From positions 48,608,001 to 48,672,000 of the forward strand of contig OX597819.1 in the NCBI GenBank assembly GCA_951406725.2: a DNA stretch of 64,000 bases. Direction: 5' to 3'. This DNA comes from Octopus vulgaris. Taxonomy: Eukaryota. A model generated the notes under the pieces. It saw only the letters and a list, made by a program, of their open reading frames with translations, searched no databases and had not been told where the DNA came from. The position numbers and the translations under genes are program-made. Of the stretch, positions 55,607 to 64,000 are shown piece by piece; position 1 is the stretch's first letter; each line of letters starts with the position of its first letter.

Positions 55607-55773
55607 ACACAGACGAGCTTCTTTCAGTTTCTATCTACCAAATCCTCTCACAAGGCCTTGGTTGGCCTGAGGCTATAGTAGAAGACACTTGCCCAAGGTG
55701 CTATGCAGTGGGACTAAACCCAGAACCATGTGGTTGGGAAGCAAGCTACTTACCACACAGCCACGCCTGCACC

Positions 55774-55909
<136 letters not shown>

Positions 55910-56246
55910 TTCTATCTGTTGTTATTTATCTATCTAATATTGTATCTAATTTCTCCTCTATTAACTCTGCCAGACCAAGTCTCGCTCTATCATCTTTTTC
56001 AACCTCCGCGTATACGCGGTCCCCCACCACCAATACCGGATATCTCTATATTTTTGCTCCATCTATACCGGATGTTGTTTCTCCCACCACCATTATAGGT
56101 GTCTACTCTTGAACCCCCTCCTCAATACGCTATTTCACCATATTACCCTCTTGATATCCTACGTTCTACTTGCCTAAGAACCTGTCATCATTCTCTGAAC
56201 CACCCTCCCCACTGGTGCTCCCCATATTTCTGCCCCCCCCCCATAG

Positions 56247-56482
56247 AAAAAGCACCATCCGAACGTGGCCGATGCCAGACCCCTCTGGCACCTGTGCAGG
56301 TGGCACGTAAAAACACCCACTACACTCGCGGAGTGGTTGGCGTTAGGAAGGGCATCCAGCTGTAGAAACACTGCCAGACCAGACTGGAGCCTGGGGCAGT
56401 CCCTAGTTCCCCAGACCCCGGTCGAAACCGTCCAACCCGTGCTAGCGCGGAAAACGGACGTTAAACGATGATGATGATGATA
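56247..56482 (+). mobile_element. RTE 3' tail copy, young
   Basis: Units plus tail, (gat)n then (TA)n. Confidence 0.85.
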
Positions 56483-56546
<64 letters not shown>

Positions 56547-56596
56547 GATATATATATATATATATATATATGGTATAGTATATATGTGTATATATA

Positions 56597-56639
<43 letters not shown>

Positions 56640-56807
56640 ATAATATCAGGGTAATAAAGATTTTAGAAATTTTTACTACCAGTGGCCTAGCGTATAGAAA
56701 AATTAGTCAATAGACTATATATTATTCATACAATATACAGTGTACATTTAAATACATTAAGAGGTATCCATCTTAATGTGATACCTCTTACTGTGTTTAA
56801 ATGTATA

Positions 56808-56928
<121 letters not shown>

Positions 56929-57131
56929 TATATTTAAGTAGTTGAATGAATTATCCTAGTATGGATAATTCGGTTAACCAATACCCGGGTAGCAAATTCA
57001 CGTCAGAAAACATGGTTGAAACTACATGCCAAGGGCAGAGACCACGTGCTTTCATGTGGAAATTTGTGTTTTTTTTACTATAAATAAATGAGAGAATGGA
57101 GTTGAACGATGATTTAACAAAATTCCTTTAT

Positions 57132-57212
57132 TCTCGACATATGTTTCGAAGACTGCATATTCCTAAATCCGAAGGAATAAAGGGTGCATTATGCCGCCTT
57201 CTCATCAGGAAA
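57132..57212 (-). ncRNA. Type I hammerhead ribozyme, intact core
   Basis: tttc-CTGATGA-gaaggc...gtcttc-GAAAC-ATAT-GTC-gaga. Confidence 0.8.
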
Positions 57213-57634
57213 GACAAGGAACTTATGTCAGCATCATGACAAACAAAAACTTTTAGATGACTGCCCACACGGAGTCCATAGTGATAATGAGTGTTTCTTT
57301 AAAAAATATATATATATGAGATCTTGGTGAAACCTCATATATTTTATCCATATGTTGGTGTTCGGAAGGGCACCCAGCTGTAAAAACCGCAGAAATCCGG
57401 TGTAAGCTCCTGCCTGGCAGGCTCCTACACCAACCTGTGCTAGCATAGAAGACAGACATTAAACAATGATGATAATATATTATTCTTTTACAAGAATGTT
57501 GCTGACAGTGACTTCAAAGTTTTGGCTTTGTAAACCATTGTTAGACTGTGTAACCTTTGAAGTCACTGTCAACAATATTCTTGCATCAGAATAATAAATT
57601 TGTACCCTGCAAAAGTATAGAGCAACCCATGAGA

Positions 57635-57988
57635 TTACTTACTTGTACTTGTATCGACATTCACTCTGGGCGAGTTGAGTCAGCTTCTACTCATGGAAGA
57701 AGTTTTGTGGGAATATGTGGATTTCACAAGCGGTCCCCAACAATCCCGCATGTGGAGACATCCTGTTTGCCACAGATTGTCTGCAGATGCAGGGACAGAA
57801 TGACCAAGGAGCCACCGGTTGCCGAAGCAGACACTCCGAAGATTTTCACCAGAGCCCCGTCTGCTGGGTTGTGGGCCTAATACCACTCGGTGTCAGACCA
57901 ATCCACCTTGGGTTGCCCTACCAGGAACCGAAGTTCCCGACTGCATAGCTCTGACACTACCCGTTGCCAGCGTCCCCACCACCGTACA
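57635..57988 (-). mobile_element. Short GC-rich retroelement resembling an RTE 5' UTR with a (tacaag)n tail
   Basis: gagctatgc..ggtagggcaacccaagg motif; three cTTCGg loops; tail tacaagtacaagtaagtaa. Confidence 0.5.
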
Positions 57989-58434
57989 TAAAAGCAAACA
58001 TTATTGTGTGTGTGTGTGTGATTGTAAAAGTAAGATCCAAGGATCCTGGTATGGGAAGTTAATAAACTTTGAGAAGCCTGTAGAAGGTATAAAAACAACT
58101 TCCAAGAACAATAGTGGGGTTTATTGGCATAGAGAGCTGTAAATTTTTCCCATATCGAAGTTTGATAAACTTAAAAAAGTTATTTTATAGTTCACGGTTA
58201 GCAACTACGGTTGCTGTTTATGCAAATAAAAATCCAAATTTAGGGAATGGAGTAGGTAAAATCCAGGCTCCATATGTTTCCTGGCTAGCAGAACCTTGGA
58301 AATAATAATTACTCAATGAGGGATACTCCATCAGCTACTTATCAGGCTGAATGTACTTCAGTTAAATGAAGGTTACATTATCATCAAGAGATTCCAAGTT
58401 TACTTGCAAGAGATTTGATACATACATACATACG

Positions 58435-58467
<33 letters not shown>

Positions 58468-58708
58468 GTATGTACTCTTTTTACTTTTTTACTCTTTTAC
58501 TTATTTCAGTCATTTGACTGTGGCCATGCTGGAGCACTGCCTTTAGTTGACCAAATCGACCCCAGGACTTATTCTTTGTAAGCCTAGTACTTATTCTATC
58601 GGGCTCTTTTGCTGAACCGCTAAGTTACAGGGACATAAACACACCAGCATCGATTGCCAAGCGATGTTGGAGGGATAATCACAGACACACATACAAATAT
58701 ATATACAA

Positions 58709-58739
<31 letters not shown>

Positions 58740-58934
58740 TATATACGATGGGCTTCTTTCAGTTTCTGTCTACCAAATCCACTTAAGGCTTTGGTTGGCC
58801 CGAGGCTATAGTAGAAAACAGTTGCACAAGGTGCCACACAGTAGGACTGTACTCGGAACCATGTGGTTCGTTAGCAAGCTACTTACTACACAGCCACTCC
58901 TACACCTGTTGAATCAAGTAAAACCAATATCATA

Positions 58935-59948
58935 GCTATGGCCAGTGCCCCCTGACTGGCTCCTGTATCAGTGGCACATGAAAAACGCCAACAGATCGTG
59001 GCCGATGCCAGTAACCCCTGAATGGCTCTTGTGCCGGTAGCACATAAAAAGCACCATCCAAATGTGATCGATGCCGGGCCCAGCTGACTGGCTCCCATGT
59101 ATGTATGTATCATCATCATCATCATCCTTTAACATCTGATTTCCATGCTGGTATGGGTTGGACTGTTTGACTGAAGTTTGGAGAGCCAGCGGCTGCACCA
59201 GGCTCCAATCTGATCTGGCAATGTTTCTACAGCTGGATGCCCTTCCTAACAGCAATAACTCCGAGAGTGTTGTGGGTGCTTTTTATGTGCCACCAGCATG
59301 GGAGCCAGTAAGGTGGGCCTGGCATTAATCACATTTGGATGGTGCTTTTTATGTGTCACCAGCACAAGAGCCAGTCATGGGGTATTGGCATCGGCCACAA
59401 TCGATTGCTACTTTTTATGTGCCACTGGCACGGGAGCCAGTTAAGGAGTACTCTCCACAGCTATAATATTGGTTTTACTTGACTCAACAGGTCTTCTGAA
59501 GCATATCATGTCACCCAACACATCAGGTGCATTCTTAACAGGTCCAGACGTGCATGACTGTGATCTCACTTTAGTTGCCAGGTCTTCTCAATCACAGTAT
59601 ATCTCCAAAGGTCCTGGTCTCCCGTCATTGCCTCTGTGAGGCCCAATCTTTGGAGGTCATGCTTCACCACCTCATCTTATGTCTTCCTGGATCTACTTCT
59701 TCCACAGGTTCCTTCTACAGTTAGAGAGTGGCACTTCCTCACCCAGCTGTCTTCATTCATACATAAAACATGACCATACCAGCACAGACACCTCTCTTGC
59801 ACACCACATTTGATGCTTCTTATGCCCAACTTTTCTCTCTGGGCACTTACACTCTGTCACATATGCACACTGCCATTACACATCCAGTGAATCATACTAG
59901 CTTCATTTCTTTCAAGCCTGCGCATGTCCTTGGCCCATATTTCACTGC
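58935..59948. mobile_element. Forward RTE UTR fragment (58935-59100) plus reverse RTE 3' fragment (59110-59948)
   Basis: Unit motifs; minus strand RNEASM and VVKHDL homologous to 51695-52100. Confidence 0.8.
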
Positions 59949-59950
59949 TT

Positions 59951-60007
<57 letters not shown>

Positions 60008-60354
60008 ATTATTATTAATATTAATAGTAATTTTTGTTGACTTTTATAGCTTTATAATTTCATGAACTGAACCATGGTTTTAATTATTATTTTTCATCTC
60101 CCTATGTGTTAGTTTTTTAAAACTATTAGCCAAATATGTATAATAACTGTGCTTATTAATATTATTATATACACTGATAAATATTTTGTTTTATTTTGTT
60201 TTGTTTACCTTGCATTATTGTACCAATGAGTATTATATTATACAAGTGCAGCATTATGAAGTTTATGCATAAGTTTTTATATTTTACATTTTTATATTTT
60301 TATATTTATATGTATATGGTAAAATAATTTTTTCACAATTATAACAAATTTAAT

Positions 60355-60464
60355 TCTCTGAAGAGGCCGTGGCGCATCCTTGTTAATACCTCATTTATAC
60401 CTGCCTTTATGGCTTATAGGTTAAATGAGGTATGACTGCCCTTGCTGCCGAAACAGCTGTCAGA
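60355..60464 (+). ncRNA. Type I hammerhead ribozyme, intact core, 85 nt stem II
   Basis: tct-CTGAAGA-ggc...gcc-GAAAC-AGCT-GTC-aga; internal perfect 12 bp helix 60386-60397/60422-60433. Confidence 0.82.
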
Positions 60465-60645
60465 TATGATTTAATTACATATTATATTTGAAATTTTATA
60501 CTTATATCTCTTTGTATATTTACCTTTACTGTATATTTTGTATAATGCCTTTACTGATATGTAATGGTGTAATAAAGTATTGATTGGGTATCATCTGATA
60601 GTTGATGTTTTATTGATTTAAGTATGTTTCTCCATTTTCTAATTT

Positions 60646-60820
<175 letters not shown>

Positions 60821-60879
60821 ATATATATATATATGTATATATAAATTAATCAAAATAAAAACATGATGCCAAGGATTCA

Positions 60880-60957
60880 GTGGTACATATGTTTCGGGCC
60901 TTTATTAGACGGATTTATAACAATGCATAATGTATGTCTGTGGCCTTCTTCAGTCGC
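60880..60957 (-). ncRNA. Type I hammerhead motif, stems partly decayed
   Basis: CTGAAGA-aggcc...ggccc-GAAAC-ATAT-GTA. Confidence 0.6.
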
Positions 60958-61274
60958 GCACAACAACTTCCACAAGGACATTGTATTACATCAAAAATTC
61001 TTGGTTGGGGATGCAAATCCTCTCATTCGCGTACGACATAATGCGGCAACAGCATAAAAATGAAGCGTCCATCTCGTTCTTCTCTCAATGTAGAATGAGG
61101 AAATTTGGATGTTGAAGTAATGTAAATAAATTAATAAATATATATATACATATATAAATATATAAATGCAGACAGACGTGAAGGAACCTGGTAATAAGAG
61201 TAAATAGAGATAAAGATGGAGGGGCGAGAATTCAGGACGAAGGATAAGAAATATATAAAAAGTGTAAGTATAGA

Positions 61275-61490
<216 letters not shown>

Positions 61491-62176
61491 CGTATGTATG
61501 TTTGAGGATATATATATCATGCCAGCATGGGAAAATGGATGTTAAAGGATGATGGTAATGATAAATATATTTAAGCCTTTGACTTTTCCTATTCAAAGGG
61601 TTTTTTAATCCAGTATTTGCATGCTATTATTTAAAGCTTTATCTGCTTCAAGATTCATTGTGCCCCCACAAAAAAGAATTATTTCACATTCTTTTGAAGT
61701 TTATAAATTCTTATGACATCAACCATATATATGTTCGAAGAAGAACACTGAGTCTTTTCAGATTGTTGACAAGCGAAATTCTATTCTTTCCGTAGACAAA
61801 AAGAAAAAGTGGTTGTTACTATGATTGACAAAATGTAGAGAGAGTTTGAATGTTATTGTCCTTGATATAATTGTAGTAGCAGTCAAAAAGTTAGCTGCTG
61901 GTCATTGTTATCAACTCAGGTCAGTTGCTGTCTGTCATCTCTGTTGGCTGTCTCCTATGGTATCTGTCAATGCTCTCTGCAGTGCAGCTAAGGTGTGCTG
62001 CATATATACTGGTGGATAGGTTCACAGAGACAGGTGCAAAACCTGGAATTGTTGCTGAAGCCCATTCTGGATGAAGTCATGATTGGTTAGATTTTGTTGA
62101 TCACATAGGTAATAATCTAGCAAATAGCGACACTGGATATAGTAATCAATTCTGGAATATTCCTACAACACACACA

Positions 62177-62246
<70 letters not shown>

Positions 62247-62328
62247 ACATATATATATATATATCAATAATAATAATAATAATAAGAATTATTATGAAGT
62301 AGCATAGTATTACCTTTAATTCCTTTAT

Positions 62329-62634
62329 ATCATCATCATCATCATTCATTTAGCGTCCGTTTTCCATGCTAGCATGGGTTGGAGCACTGGGGTCTGTGAA
62401 GCCAGAAGGCTTCATCAGGCCCAGTCAAATCTGGCAGTGTTTCTACGGCTGGATGCCCTTCCTAACGCCAACCACTCCGTGAGTGTAGTGGGTGCTTTAC
62501 GTGCCACCCGCACTGGTGCCAGACAGAGCTGGCAAACGGCCACGAACGGATGGTGCTTTTTATGCCACCGGCACGAAGGCCAGGCGATGGCAACGGACAC
62601 GAAACGGGGCGGTGCTGGCAACGGTCGCGAAACG

Positions 62635-62635
<1 letters not shown>
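62329..62635 (-). mobile_element. RTE 3' tail copy
   Basis: (cat)n, reverse tail, shortened units. Confidence 0.8.
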
Positions 62636-62668
<33 letters not shown>

Positions 62669-62701
62669 CTTCAAATAGACCTACACATGTTTCTGCATAC
62701 A

Positions 62702-62733
<32 letters not shown>

Positions 62734-62993
62734 GCATTTAAGAGAGAAGCATGCACACATAAACAGCTCAAAAGTAAATGGACACTTTCCAGTATACCAT
62801 TTTAAATGTGCAGACACTACTCATTAGTATGATGTCCAAATGAGTTAAACCAATAAAAACTGAACAAAGCATGTCTACTAAATACTAGATTAAATATTTA
62901 TATGTATCAAATGACATTTGTTTCTAGAAATAAATCTTTTAAAAAATGGTGGCGTCTACTTACTTTTCAGATGTCTGTGTGTGTGTGTATATA

Positions 62994-63029
<36 letters not shown>

Positions 63030-63057
63030 TGTATGTATGTATGTATGTATGTATCTA

Positions 63058-63142
<85 letters not shown>

Positions 63143-63150
63143 ATATATAT

Positions 63151-63677
63151 AACCTCATCCGACGACAGGCACGTATGCCTACCCCCCTTTGCTTGCGAAG
63201 ACCTGTTGGGGCAAGTGAAATCGGAATCGAAATTGAACCAATCCTATGACTGGCACCCGGCAGATGCCAGGACCCCTGGACTGGAGATACGTAAAAAGCA
63301 CTATCCGAATCGTGGCCGATGCCAGCGCCGCCTCGACTGGCTTCGTGTCGGTGGCACGTAAAAAGCACCATCCGAATTGTGGCCGAAGCCAGTGCCGCCT
63401 CGACTGGCTTCCGTGCAGGTGGCACGTAAAATGCACCAATCCGCCCGTGGCCGATGCCAGCCTCACCTGGCACCAGTGCAGGTGGCATGTAAAAAGCACC
63501 CACTACACTCATGGAGTGGTTGGCGTTAGGAAGGGCATCCAGCTGTAGAAACATTGCCAGATAAGACCGGAGCCTGGTGCAGCCTTCTGGCTTCCCAGAT
63601 CCCCGGTCAACCGTCCAACCCATGCTAGCATGGAGAACGGATGTTAAACAATGATGATGATGATGATGATGATGATA
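63151..63677 (+). mobile_element. RTE 3' UTR copy close to 51153-51620
   Basis: Matches the minus strand of the long RTE, with one extra unit. Confidence 0.9.
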
Positions 63678-63682
63678 TATAT

Positions 63683-63852
63683 AGGCGCAGGAGTGGCTGT
63701 GTGGTAAGTAGCTTGCTAACCGACCACATGATTCCAGGTTCAGTCCCACTGCGTGGCATCTTGGGCAAGTGTCTTCTGCTATAGCCCCGGGCCGACCAAT
63801 GCCTTGTGAGTGGATTTGGTAGACGGAAACTGAAAAACCCTGTCGTATATAT

Positions 63853-63892
<40 letters not shown>

Positions 63893-64000
63893 GTTTGTGT
63901 GTCTGTGTTTATCCCCCTACCATTGCATGACAACGGATGCTGGTGTGTTTACGTCCCCGTCACTTAGCAGTTTGGCAAAAGAGACCGATAGAATAAGTAC
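63683..64000 (+). mobile_element. SINE family B, cut by the window edge
   Basis: ggcgcaggagtggctgtgtggtaag head; internal microsatellite. Confidence 0.85.

Noticed and set aside
58265-58350. Minus-strand CTGATAA...GAAACATATGGA
   Set aside because: Core and cleavage triplet both mutated and stems poor; at best a relic.

Overview
Eukaryotic, AT-rich, microsatellite-dense non-coding DNA. The SINE/RTE repertoire suggests an octopus genome (inference). No host protein-coding exon can be supported, and nearly all listed ORFs are translations of simple repeats. The window is a mosaic of RTE LINE fragments and their 3' tails, several tRNA-derived SINE families, mariner/Tc1 remnants, two restriction-like-endonuclease (R4/Dong-type) retrotransposon 3' ends, CR1-like remnants, a Helentron-type insertion and Penelope-like (PLE) fragments. 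The strongest unexplained signal is about a dozen type I hammerhead ribozyme motifs (CTGANGA - stem II - GAAAC-palindrome-GTH). Two have intact cores (60355-60464 +, 57132-57212 -) and most have unusually long stem II insertions. They lie in short non-coding modules between (TA)n tracts, alongside a recurrent (TA)n - long foldback - short tail - (TA)n architecture. One foldback carries a hammerhead in each arm, linking both signals to PLE pseudo-LTR / retrozyme-like elements. All structures were read by eye and boundaries are approximate.
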